Positions 55,101-63,863 of a stretch of 64,000 nt of DNA are shown piece after piece. The position numbers and the translations under genes were made by a program. Below the pieces are notes generated by a model that was given only the letters and a program-made list of their open reading frames with translations, did no database searches and was not told the origin of the DNA. Each line of letters begins with the position of its first letter. Within the stretch, counting starts at the first letter, position 1. The DNA comes from Planctomycetota bacterium. GTDB lineage: Bacteria > Planctomycetota > OFTM77. The stretch lies in contig JAVJTD010000031.1 in the NCBI GenBank assembly GCA_040219065.1, forward strand, positions 32,236 to 96,235, in the 5' to 3' direction.

Positions 55101-56768
55101 CGTCTCGTGCGTGTCCTGGTACCCGAAGCCGTCGAGTAGGATCTGCGGCTCACCATCGGGACGGTCATCGCCGTCGGCGTCGGGAATGAACAGGAAGTAC
55201 GGCGCCGCGCCGACCCAAACACCGCCGAACCCGACCTCGAGCCCGCTGACCAGGTTGAGGCCCTCGATGAAGACCTTCCTCTGATCGAGAGCGCCATCAC
55301 CGGTCGTGTCCTCGAGGATCACGATCTTGTCGCGCCCTTTTCCTTCCGGCGCGCGCTGCGGATAGGTGTACGCCTCGGCGACCCAGACACGGCCTTTGCC
55401 GTCGATCGCCATCGCGATCGGCTGATGCACCTGCGGCTCGCCCGCCGCCAGCTTCACGTCGAAGCCCGCCGGCACGGTCATGTGCGCCGCGGCTTCTTCG
55501 GGCAAGAGGCCCGATCGCATCTCGGCCGGCACCTTGGGCTGCGCGTCCTGCCACTCCTCGGCGCTGACCTTCTTCCGCGTATGCGTGATGACGTGGCAGC
55601 CCTTCATCCCGCCCAAGATGATGTCCGGCTGTCCGTTCCCCGTCACGTCGGCGACGTTGACCTGTCGCCCGATGCCCGAGTCGTCGTCCGCCTGATACGG
55701 GATCCACTGCACACCCGCCTCGCCGCGCACCAGCTTGAACCAGTACACGACCGCGCCGGCGTCCCACATCGGGCTCTGCTCGTGGTGGGACCAATACGTC
55801 TTGCCCGTGACGATGTCCTTCAGGCCGTCACCGTCCATGTCGGCGAGGGCGACGCTGTGCAGCTCGGTGAAGAGGACGCCGTAGGGATTGTCCTCGGGCT
55901 TCCAGCCCATGATGACGTGCCGCTCGAAGTCGGTGCCGTCGCCCTTGTTCTCGAACCAGGCCAGCCCGTACTCGTGCGCCTCGAGGCTGGTGATGACGTC
56001 CTGGTCGCCGTCCCCGTCGACATCGTAGGCGTACATCTCCGCGCCGCCCTTGGGCGCGAACACGTACTGGTGCAGCGTCCACATCGGGTCGCCGTCCAGG
56101 CTCTTCGGCTGCTCGAACCAGCCGTGCTGCATCAGGACGTCGTGGCGCCCGTCCCCATTGACATCGCCCACGCCCAGCCCGTGCCCGAACTGCCTCGCCG
56201 CAATCGGCTCCGACAAGGGATGGAACGTCCAACGCTCGAACGGCTGCTTCGGATCCCAGGTCGCGTAGCCGAACCGACCGCCGCGCGTGCACACCAGCTC
56301 CGGCCGCTCGTCGCCGGCGATCTGCGTGAAGTGCGGCGACTCGTTCGAGACCGAGTTGAACACCTCGTGCTTCGGCCAGTGCTCGCCCTGCCCGTCCTTC
56401 CCCGGGTTCTCGTACACGTACGCCGGCTTCGACGGGAAGCCCACCACGAAGACGTCTCGCCAGCCATCCCCGTCGAAGTCGTACACCCACGCGAAGAAGT
56501 TATCGGCGTAGGCGTGGACGTTCTGCGCGACGGGCTCGTAGATCTCGTGAGCCGTCTTCCAGTCGGGCCCCTCGTACCAGTACGGCCCGTAGACGACATC
56601 GACGTGCCCGTCGTTGTTCAAATCTCCATAGCCGGCCCCTTCGGAGAAGTAGGTCCCGGTGAGCTCATGTCTCTCGAACTCGTGGAGGAAGTGGTCGTCG
56701 TCAGCGAAGCCCAGAGGAGACAGAACGGCGGCGAAGGACAGGCCGAGGAGAGTGCGAGTGATCAACAC
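52134..56768 (-). CDS. giant secreted multidomain protein: FG-GAP repeats, SGL-like beta-propeller dehydrogenase-like region, HEAT repeats, c-type cytochrome module, C-terminal beta domain
   Basis: Signal peptide, DxDGDG repeats, a GFGYQDTHETLNAFNWGPDGWLYGCHG propeller region, a HEAT-like ARM array, CSTCH heme-binding motif with downstream Met, and a C-terminal beta-sandwich-like domain. Confidence 0.7.
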   Translation of the reverse strand: MLITRTLLGLSFAAVLSPLGFADDDHFLHEFERHELTGTYFSEGAGYGDLNNDGHVDVVYGPYWYEGPDWKTAHEIYEPVAQNVHAYADNFFAWVYDFDGDGWRDVFVVGFPSKPAYVYENPGKDGQGEHWPKHEVFNSVSNESPHFTQIAGDERPELVCTRGGRFGYATWDPKQPFERWTFHPLSEPIAARQFGHGLGVGDVNGDGRHDVLMQHGWFEQPKSLDGDPMWTLHQYVFAPKGGAEMYAYDVDGDGDQDVITSLEAHEYGLAWFENKGDGTDFERHVIMGWKPEDNPYGVLFTELHSVALADMDGDGLKDIVTGKTYWSHHEQSPMWDAGAVVYWFKLVRGEAGVQWIPYQADDDSGIGRQVNVADVTGNGQPDIILGGMKGCHVITHTRKKVSAEEWQDAQPKVPAEMRSGLLPEEAAAHMTVPAGFDVKLAAGEPQVHQPIAMAIDGKGRVWVAEAYTYPQRAPEGKGRDKIVILEDTTGDGALDQRKVFIEGLNLVSGLEVGFGGVWVGAAPYFLFIPDADGDDRPDGEPQILLDGFGYQDTHETLNAFNWGPDGWLYGCHGVFTHSKVGKPGTKDADRTPMNAAVWRYHPIKHEFEVFAWGSSNPWGVDFNDRGHAFITACVIPHLFHVIQGARYQRQGGTHFNQYVFDDIKTIADHAHYAGNIGDHAWWGQEPESIPTNTSDAGGGHAHCGAMIYLGDNWPEKYRNQLYFSNIHGNRINCDALVPEGSGYVGTHSPDFLMANDHWFRGINLRAGPDGSVYLIDWYDKNACHRNSPEIWDRSNGRVYNVTYGDVKRRRVDLAKMDDIALAELQKHTNEWHARMSRKELQQRAAQGNLSGEVVAALWKIADASNAVPLRLRAIWTLHTIGKLTAGDFAKLRGDTEPDVRAWAIQLDLEDRTIDEKGLAQLEKMAAQDASPVVRLALTSALQRLPLEQRWTIAEALSGHGEDAEDHNLPLMIWYGIEPLVLKDTARAMRLATRSEIPLLTRFITRRAAADPRAIDAVVAILGEAKDDARRKMILGEMLQAFEGRADLEMPPAWEKAYAALLANPDAEVRDRADQVAIAFGDKRILPRLRSVLTDASAGMKKRQQALEFLVQARDPEAAKAFQQVLGNGQLRGSALKALAQLSDPGTPQAILDNYANLSQTEKRDAISALTTRPAYAGALLDAVQAGTIPSRDLHAYHVRQLRSFNDAKLDQRITKVWGEVRETSEEKKAGIERVKALVAKAKDADPSHGRMLFQETCSTCHMLFGEGEDVGPDITGSNRSDLDYLLENVFDPSAVLGNDYRSTVAWLEDGRIVSGLLRKETDSALTLRTLNDTVVVPKSEIEDRQLQNISVMPEGLLEPLSDRDVVDLVAYLRRPVQVPVRGARSPIDPKTGIVKGAIEGESMKVLSKSAGKATSQAMGGFPADKWSHADHLWWTGAKPGDRLELAVPVSKSGTYDVDLVMTRARDYGIVQLAIDDQRLGGPIDLYNDPDVITTGVLTFKGIELTEGEHRLVVEITGAHPDAVKAYMFGLDYVALHELGATGGE

Positions 56769-56984
56769 GATAGGGCTCTTCCTGGAGAAATGGGCCGGGC
56801 TGGAAGTGGGGCGAGCTTCGTGCCGCTCAGGCTACGGCAGACGGCTGGAAGGGGCAAGCCTGGAGGGAGGGTTGGGCGCCAGGAGTGCCTGAGCCGAATG
56901 AGCCTGTGGCCGCGAATCGAAGCCGACGCCACCGAGCGAGCGAGCTGTCCGACTGCCGGAGCTGCTCGAGGATCTTCAGATTGA

Positions 56985-57150
56985 AGTCCTGCGAGGCGAC
57001 CATGTTCCTTCGCGCATACCACACCTCCACACCCGCCGCGTCGTAGTAGGGCGCGATGGTCTGCTCGACCAGGTCCTGGTCGACGTAGGAGCAGCTGACG
57101 AACAGACGCGGCACAGCATCACCCAGTGAAGGCGCGATTCCTCGGAACAC
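56985..57150 (-). pseudogene. 5' fragment of a TIR-domain gene
   Basis: MFRGIAPSLGDAVPRLFVSCSYVDQDLVEQTIAPYYDAAGVEVWYARRNMVASQDFNLKILEQLRQSD matches the first roughly 55 aa of bacterial TIR domains ((D/K)(V/L)F(V/I)S(Y/C)...). The reading frame then degenerates. Confidence 0.3.
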
Positions 57151-57255
57151 CCAGGGATCTTACTGCCGGCGTGCCAGCGCCGCCACCTCGCGGCGCGCGG
57201 CCTGGCAATCGAGACCGGCCTCCGATAAAAGCGGAGCAGATCAGGAGGATCCCCG

Positions 57256-58578
57256 ATGCTCAAACCGCTCTGTTTCGTGCTCATGCCTTTCGGTGTGAAG
57301 CCAGGTCCCGATGGCCGGGACATCGACTTCGACGAGGTGTATCGCGAGCTGCTGAAGCCCGCCATCGAGGAGGCGGACCTCGAGCCGATCCGCGCTGACG
57401 AGGAGAGTGTCGGCGGCGTCATCCACAAGCCGATGCTCGAGCGACTCGCGATGTGTGACTACGCGCTCGCCGATCTCACCGCGGCCAATGCCAACGTGTT
57501 CTACGAGCTCGGCGTGCGGCACGCGATCCGGCCGTCACGCACGCTGCTCGTGTTCGCCGAGGAGTACCCGCTCCCCTTCGACGTCAGCCTGCTGCGCGCC
57601 GTGCCCTATCACCTCGGGCAGAAGGGACTCATCAAGGTTCCCCAGACGATCCACGCGATCGCGAGACAGCTCGAAGAGGCGCGCCAAGCCAAGATCGACA
57701 GTCCCGTCTTCCAGTTCCTCGATGACCTGCAGCCGCAGTTCCTCCCTCACGAGAAGACCGACGTCTTTCAGGATCGCGTCGAGTATGCCGAAGACCGCAA
57801 GCGCGAGCTCGCCCGAGCCCGTGAGGACAAGAACCTCGCCGCGGTCCAGCAGATCGAGCGTGAGCTCGGCCCGGTCGAGGATGTCGAAGCCGGCATCGCG
57901 ATCGACCTGATGCTCACCTATCGCGCCATCAAGAATTGGGACGAGATGATCCGCTGGATCGAGTCGCTCCCCAGGCCCCTTCGAGAGCGCCGCATGGTCC
58001 AGGAGCAGCTCGGCTTCGCCTACAATCGCGCCGGGAAGAAGGGCGATGCGATCCGCACTCTCGAGGCCGTCGTCGAGCAGCACGGCCCGAGCAGCGAGAC
58101 GCTCGGCATCCTCGGCCGAGTCTACAAGGACAAGTGGGACGAATCCGACAAGGGCTCGGCAGAGGCGAACGGCCTTCTGGACAAGGCGATCGATGCCTAC
58201 CGCCGAGGCTTCGAAGCCGACTGGCGAGACGCCTATCCGGGTGTCAATGCCGTAACGCTGATGGAGCTGGCCGACCCACCGCGGAAAGAGCGCGATGAGC
58301 TGCTACCAGTCGTGACGTACGCCGTCGAGAGAAAGGTCGCCAAAGGCAGCCCCGACTATTGGGACTGGGCCACCCTCCTCGAGCTCGCCGTCATCGGCAA
58401 TGACAAGAACCTCGCCAAAGAGCTCCTCCCCCTGTGCCTAGCCAACGTCCGAGAGCCCTGGGAGCCCGAAACCACGGCTAACAACCTCGAGATGATTCGC
58501 CAGGCGAGGAAGAGGCGGGGCAAGAATCAAGGCTGGCTGAAGAAGATCATCGCGGGGTTGGTGGAGAAGGGGAATTGA
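57256..58578 (+). CDS. nucleoside 2-deoxyribosyltransferase-like (SLOG/flavodoxin-like) N-terminal domain fused to a TPR-like helical C-terminal domain
   Basis: CFVLMPFG and NVFYELGVRHA motifs mirror the NDT (L/I)AGPxF and FE(L/I)G(Y/F)A motifs. The C-terminal roughly 250 aa are alpha-helical repeats (YPGVNAVTLMELAD). Confidence 0.55.
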   Translation: MLKPLCFVLMPFGVKPGPDGRDIDFDEVYRELLKPAIEEADLEPIRADEESVGGVIHKPMLERLAMCDYALADLTAANANVFYELGVRHAIRPSRTLLVFAEEYPLPFDVSLLRAVPYHLGQKGLIKVPQTIHAIARQLEEARQAKIDSPVFQFLDDLQPQFLPHEKTDVFQDRVEYAEDRKRELARAREDKNLAAVQQIERELGPVEDVEAGIAIDLMLTYRAIKNWDEMIRWIESLPRPLRERRMVQEQLGFAYNRAGKKGDAIRTLEAVVEQHGPSSETLGILGRVYKDKWDESDKGSAEANGLLDKAIDAYRRGFEADWRDAYPGVNAVTLMELADPPRKERDELLPVVTYAVERKVAKGSPDYWDWATLLELAVIGNDKNLAKELLPLCLANVREPWEPETTANNLEMIRQARKRRGKNQGWLKKIIAGLVEKGN

Positions 58579-58627
58579 ACACGGAGGACACGGGGAGATT
58601 CATACGACAGGAGCACGGGGTCCTTCA

Positions 58628-61600
58628 TCACTGCTCACTGTCCTTCGGTGACGCGGCTTCGAGTAGGGTTTGGAGTTGGCCGACGTGGTTGCGGATGGTC
58701 GAGAGTCTCTTTGACCGGGTGGATTGGAGGATGTCGTTCACGGCTTTTTGGATAATCTCCTTCGCGGCGCTTTGCTGGGCGTCATCGAGGGTGATTTGGC
58801 CGCCTTGCAGCTTCAGTGCTTGGATGAGGGCTTCGAGTGATTCGCGCTCTTCTCGGAGGCTCTCGAGCTCGGTCTCGAGCCTCTCGAGGTCGGCACGGAG
58901 GGAGGCATCGCTGAGCTTCTCGACTTCCGCTTCTTGCTCGTGGATGTTCCCTTCGGCGGCAGTCACTTGTCCCTTCGCCTGTTCGAGACTCTCCTCCGCC
59001 GCCTCGATTGCCTGACGCCGGTCCTCGATGTCCTCGTTCAACGCCTCGAGATCCGCTTCTCTCTCCTGCAGCTCAGCGGTCACCTCATTCAGCTCTTGCT
59101 CGAGGGCCGCTCGCTCCTCTTCGTCCTCTGTCTCGGCGATCTGGTTCGTCAGCTCTCCTTGGCGCTGCCTCAATGCCGTGATCGCTTCCGCGAGGGGGTC
59201 GACCTTGCTCTCCTCTTCCAACAATTGAGTGCGGAGATCCGACAAGGCAGCTTCATGCCTCGTGACCTCCGTCTCCTTCTTGGCCTTCTCGTCCTGGAGC
59301 CCCTTCAGCGCGTCGCGGGCATCCTTCTGCCTAGCTTCTTGATCTTGCTCGAGCTGCTCCCTGTTCGACTCGATCGCCTCCTCGTGCTCAGCGATATCAC
59401 CTTCGACCTGCTCGAGGGTGGGTCCTGAAGCAAAGTCGTCTCCGGCCTCGTTCAGCTCATGATCGAGGGCGTCCTTCTCGGACAGGAAGTCGTAGGCGGC
59501 GTTCTTCACGACCGGCTCCGAGATGGCCCGGACGTACGCTTCGCCGCGACTCTTCAGCTCCTCCAATGCGGCTCGGAGCTTCTCGGGTGCCTCCTCGGCA
59601 GAGATCTCCTCGGGCAACGCCGTCACTTCGGCGGTGTCCAGTGCAGTCCGAAGCCAGGCCAAGTTGTCCGTCCTCTCGGCGGGTGTGTCGCCCAGCCGCT
59701 CGTCCTCGCGAAGCTTTGTGAGCAGCTCGGCTTCGAGCTTCGAGGCCTCCTCGCGAAGAGCGTCGTACGCTTGCTTTGCCGCCTTCTCGGACGTCGACCG
59801 CTCGTTCTTCAGCAAGGTCTGCATGAGCTGAACGTCTTCGACCTGATTCGACTGGAGCTCCGGCATCGGGTCGCCGGGCTGCATGGCGAGGATCTTCTGC
59901 GCGTCGACCAGCGCCACGGGACTGATCGAGCCAGCCGCAGCGAACATCGCCAGGTTCTTGGCGGTCTCGATGATCTTCTCGGTCGTGGCCTTGTAGCTCT
60001 TGACGTACCAGTTGCCGATGTCGTCCTTGACGACGACGTAGCTCGAGCTGCCGGGACCGCCCAGTTTGACCGTATTCACGGTCTGCCAGAACTGCTCGTC
60101 GATGTCCTCGAGTGTCCGAGCCTTCGCCTCGACCTCGGGATCCGGAATGCGCCCGCTGTGTGCCTGGGCCTCACCGATCGGCCGCAGGCCGACGCGGTCC
60201 CTGGGAGACTGATCCGATTCGTCGGCGCCGGTCGTGACGTAACTGTTACGCAAGAAGGCGACCGCAGGTCGGACGAAGATCATTCCGCTGCGCTCGGCGT
60301 AAGCGACATCGAGCGCCTCTCGGTACTTCTTGGCCTCCTGGGAGTCCTGCCCCTCTCTCTCGACGCAGCGGATGAACTCGTGCCGCAGGCGCGCAATGAC
60401 TGCGTCCATCACCTGACGTGGACTCTCGAAAGTCGGCTCACCTGCTTTGTCTACCTGATCGCAAACAAGGCACTTACAAGCCTGGTCCTGTCCGCTCCAC
60501 TCGAGGCGCGCCCGCTCCTTCTGCTGCTCGGCGAATCGATCGCTCGCCGCGATCGCATCCACCTGACTGAGGATCGAGTTCGCCACCGCGGACAGCACGT
60601 CGCTGTTCTTGGTCAGGATCTGGTCGGCGCTCTCATAGTCCTTCCACTCGTAGAGCAATGATTGGAAGCCGGCCAAGAAGCGCAGCTTCTCGGCGAAGCG
60701 CACCAACCCATCGAGCAAGCGCCGCTTCTCATTCAGGCTGGTCGGGTTGCCTGGAGACTCGTAGGCCGCATCGACATAGTTCTCGATCAGGGACTCGAGG
60801 CCGATGAGCAGACGACCACCGTCGAGACCTTGAAGTGCTGTGACGCTTCGATCCAGCTCTCGAAACGCTTCCTCCGAGAAACGGGAGGTGATTCGCTGCG
60901 CCTCTTCATCGTCGACGCTGGCCGGACCGATGACGGTACCGTACTGACGACGCGCTGCCCTCAGAGCCTCTGAGTCGCGCTTCGAGTATCCCTCGATCCG
61001 CTCGCTATCGAGGTACTCGTCATACTCCGACCTCATACCTTCCGGAAGGGCCAAGCCGTTCCGAAAGGCCTCGTCGATCACCAGGAGCCAGGTGCTGACA
61101 CGAACAGGAGCCTTCTCGAGCTCGAGCTCCATGTCATCGAAATAGGCGCGATACGTCGACTCCAGATCCTGCGCTCCCGGCGAGCCTTTTCCCTCGTCAG
61201 GGGCTGGCTCGCTCGTCTTGCCTGAGTCCTGGCGAGTATTCTGCACTTTCTGAAGCTGGTCGCTGACACGCCGGATGGCATCGGGCTGGTTGGCTTCCGT
61301 CTGACCGTCCGATGCAACGAGTCGAAGACTTTCGGGGAGGTTGCTGTTGTGAGCCGCAGCCCAGAGCAAGTCGGGCGAGGCCAGACGAGCGACCGCGCGC
61401 CGTGCCGCAAATCGCAATGCGGGTGCCTGAGGAATGTCGAGATCGGAATCCGTGGCGAGGAATAGTGCGGCGCTTCTCCAGACTTCGGCGAGGTCGGAGC
61501 GCGACTCACCGAAGGCCGCACTGATGGCCTCGACCCTGCTGACGAACCTCTCGGCGAGCGATCTCTGCCGGCCTTTCGGCTCGGCGAACAACAATCGGGC

Positions 61601-62458
61601 ATGGGCCGTGGCGACGGCCGGATCAGCCAATGCCTCGAAGATCACATTGGCGCCCAGCTCATCCACCGTCTTGGAGGCCATGATCGGAACTCCACTGACG
61701 ATGGGGATCTCTGGCTTGCTCAGCCGCCGCAGCACCTCGTCATTGGTCGCGGCTTCGAGGAGGGAGAGGTGAGCCTTCAGGAGTGCGTTCTGATCGCGGA
61801 AGGAGTACCGTCCGTCCTTCCTCTTGCCAGGAAGGAGGAAGCCCCGGTAGGCCTCTCGAAGCGCCCGCCGTTGCTGAGAGATGCCCGGGCTCTTTTCCGC
61901 CAACTCCTCGAAGTGACCCTCGGACTCTTCGTACGCGACAACGACTTCTCGCCAGAGCTCCGCGTCGATCTCGGGATCGACCAACACCAACGCCCGCGCC
62001 CTCTCGAATGACTCGAAGGCCGCAAGCCCCGTCACCACCGTCTCGGGAACTTCACCTTGATGTTGGTCCTCGTAGAGGCTCAGCAGCGAGTTCACACGCC
62101 GCGCATGCGGGTTCTTGAAGAACGGATAGCGGTCACTGGAGATCGTCTCCGGCGAATCACTCGGCTTCGGCACATAGTCATCCGCAAGCCAACCTTGCTC
62201 GCGAAGGAGCGCGCCGGAGTTGGCTCGTCCGGGAAATCGCTCTCGCCCCTCCAGCTCATCTCGCAGCTCGATCAGCAGTGGCTTGGCGCCGATGGCCATC
62301 GCGGCGATCTGCTCGATCTGGACGGTCTCGTCGTTGGCCAACGGCCCCTTGTAGACGTCGACATCGATGCGCAGCTTGGCACAGGAGGCGAGGAGGAGAG
62401 TCGGGACGAGGAGCCAGGGCGTGGCTTGTTGGATTCCGCTGGGTCGCTGGTGACGCAT
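58628..62458 (-). CDS. giant coiled-coil lipoprotein (1276 aa)
   Basis: The start is set at MRHQRP (lipobox LLLASC), overlapping the upstream gene stop (ATGA). The 181-aa Arg/Pro-rich extension in the ORF track is rejected. The C-terminal roughly 400 aa are E/A/L/Q-rich heptad coiled coil. Confidence 0.55.
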   Translation of the reverse strand: MRHQRPSGIQQATPWLLVPTLLLASCAKLRIDVDVYKGPLANDETVQIEQIAAMAIGAKPLLIELRDELEGRERFPGRANSGALLREQGWLADDYVPKPSDSPETISSDRYPFFKNPHARRVNSLLSLYEDQHQGEVPETVVTGLAAFESFERARALVLVDPEIDAELWREVVVAYEESEGHFEELAEKSPGISQQRRALREAYRGFLLPGKRKDGRYSFRDQNALLKAHLSLLEAATNDEVLRRLSKPEIPIVSGVPIMASKTVDELGANVIFEALADPAVATAHARLLFAEPKGRQRSLAERFVSRVEAISAAFGESRSDLAEVWRSAALFLATDSDLDIPQAPALRFAARRAVARLASPDLLWAAAHNSNLPESLRLVASDGQTEANQPDAIRRVSDQLQKVQNTRQDSGKTSEPAPDEGKGSPGAQDLESTYRAYFDDMELELEKAPVRVSTWLLVIDEAFRNGLALPEGMRSEYDEYLDSERIEGYSKRDSEALRAARRQYGTVIGPASVDDEEAQRITSRFSEEAFRELDRSVTALQGLDGGRLLIGLESLIENYVDAAYESPGNPTSLNEKRRLLDGLVRFAEKLRFLAGFQSLLYEWKDYESADQILTKNSDVLSAVANSILSQVDAIAASDRFAEQQKERARLEWSGQDQACKCLVCDQVDKAGEPTFESPRQVMDAVIARLRHEFIRCVEREGQDSQEAKKYREALDVAYAERSGMIFVRPAVAFLRNSYVTTGADESDQSPRDRVGLRPIGEAQAHSGRIPDPEVEAKARTLEDIDEQFWQTVNTVKLGGPGSSSYVVVKDDIGNWYVKSYKATTEKIIETAKNLAMFAAAGSISPVALVDAQKILAMQPGDPMPELQSNQVEDVQLMQTLLKNERSTSEKAAKQAYDALREEASKLEAELLTKLREDERLGDTPAERTDNLAWLRTALDTAEVTALPEEISAEEAPEKLRAALEELKSRGEAYVRAISEPVVKNAAYDFLSEKDALDHELNEAGDDFASGPTLEQVEGDIAEHEEAIESNREQLEQDQEARQKDARDALKGLQDEKAKKETEVTRHEAALSDLRTQLLEEESKVDPLAEAITALRQRQGELTNQIAETEDEEERAALEQELNEVTAELQEREADLEALNEDIEDRRQAIEAAEESLEQAKGQVTAAEGNIHEQEAEVEKLSDASLRADLERLETELESLREERESLEALIQALKLQGGQITLDDAQQSAAKEIIQKAVNDILQSTRSKRLSTIRNHVGQLQTLLEAASPKDSEQ

Positions 62459-63069
62459 CACTGTCCCTCCTCCTTCGAATCGTCCAAGAGATCGATCGAT
62501 TCGAGCTGCTCGGTCTCCTCGACGAGCTCGACGATACGCTCGAGGATCTTGCCGCTCTGGCTGCTGACGGTTTGCTCCTGGAGAGCCTTTGCGGCCGAGA
62601 GCTGTCCGAGCGCCGTGTCGATCGCTTCGAAGAAGGCCGAGGGGTCGGAGTCCATGATGATCGCCAGGCGATGATCTCGCGGCGCTTCGCGGAACCCTTC
62701 GGGTCCGAAGAGCATCAGGCCGCGGCCTGTCTTCAGACCGAAGTTCTGACTCTCTCCGTCGTGGCCGAACTGCAGCTCGCCCTTCTCCCGGTCGAACGTG
62801 ATCCGCGAGCCGAGCGAATCGATCAGGTCCGCCGGAACCCAGCCGGCGGCGTAATTGACCGTGCTGAAGAAGTCCGAGGTCCCGGTGACGCGCACGCGGT
62901 AGATCGTCGGCGGCACCTGCTCGATGGGATCGAACACCCCGAGGTAATACGTCTGCTCGATCTGGTGCGATCGGCAGCTCGCGGCGAGGAAGACCGTCCA
63001 CAACCCGGCAATCAGGAAAGCGCCCTGGCCAAAGCGTCCGACCCGCCGGCTCCGTCCACGATGAATCAT
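62458..63069 (-). CDS. small lipoprotein (203 aa)
   Basis: Signal peptide plus lipobox FLAASC. Translationally coupled to the giant coiled-coil gene. Confidence 0.45.
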   Translation of the reverse strand: MIHRGRSRRVGRFGQGAFLIAGLWTVFLAASCRSHQIEQTYYLGVFDPIEQVPPTIYRVRVTGTSDFFSTVNYAAGWVPADLIDSLGSRITFDREKGELQFGHDGESQNFGLKTGRGLMLFGPEGFREAPRDHRLAIIMDSDPSAFFEAIDTALGQLSAAKALQEQTVSSQSGKILERIVELVEETEQLESIDLLDDSKEEGQ

Positions 63070-63206
63070 GACGCGCGGTCTCCTCGCTGATGTCTGGGAC
63101 CTACCCGGGCGAAGCTTACCTCATCGCTTCATTCCGGGAGCCTCACTATACTGCCCGTCCATTGGAATGCACCGATCAGTTCGAATTCGCCCCCGGCAAT
63201 CGCCCA

Positions 63207-63863
63207 TCAAGTACGAGGCACGTCTCGCTCGCTCTTGCTCCCAGTATTCAACGGCGGGCGCTTCTCCAACGCGTCCGACTCTCGCTTCTCGCCGCCGCCA
63301 TTCGGCGGACGCTCACCGCTCGACTCCTCCTTCCACCAGCGGTCGATCTTGCCCCGCTTCAGGAACAACCGATCGAAGACCAGCAGATGTACGAGAGCCA
63401 AGATCCATCCGACGGTGGCGAGCCCGACTCCGAGGAGCACACGGCTGAGCAAGTTGCGGGGCCGTAGCAGTGCTTCGATGTACTTCGAGAACTGGCCGAA
63501 GAGCTTCATGCCGACGTAGGTGATCAGAGCGCCGCCCGCGATCGAGAGGATCAGCCAAAAGGCCCCGCCGTAAGTGAGGATCGCCCGCTCTCCCTCGCTG
63601 AACAGGAACCAGAGGGCAGCGCTGACAGCCAGGACGCACGCGGCCATGCCTGTCCACTTCAGCGCAGGAATGGCGTGCCAGATCTTGAACGCGCGCTTCT
63701 CACCGATGTCGAGGAGCTCGGTGACCTCGGCGTTGGCGGCGTCCTTTCCGATGAGGCGACGCATCCGCAGGAACGGCCAATCCGCTTCGGCGACGGGCTC
63801 CCGCGAGAGCTGCGCGACTCCCGCTCGAAGCTTCGCCTTGGTCATCTCGTAGCCGCTCAGCAT
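63207..63863 (-). CDS. membrane protein (four predicted TM helices), function unknown
   Basis: Hydrophobic segments ACVLAVSAALWFLF, GGAFWLILSIAGGALITYVG and LLGVGLATVGWILALVHLLV. The N-terminus may continue beyond the ORF-track start. Confidence 0.45.
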   Translation of the reverse strand: MLSGYEMTKAKLRAGVAQLSREPVAEADWPFLRMRRLIGKDAANAEVTELLDIGEKRAFKIWHAIPALKWTGMAACVLAVSAALWFLFSEGERAILTYGGAFWLILSIAGGALITYVGMKLFGQFSKYIEALLRPRNLLSRVLLGVGLATVGWILALVHLLVFDRLFLKRGKIDRWWKEESSGERPPNGGGEKRESDALEKRPPLNTGSKSERDVPRT

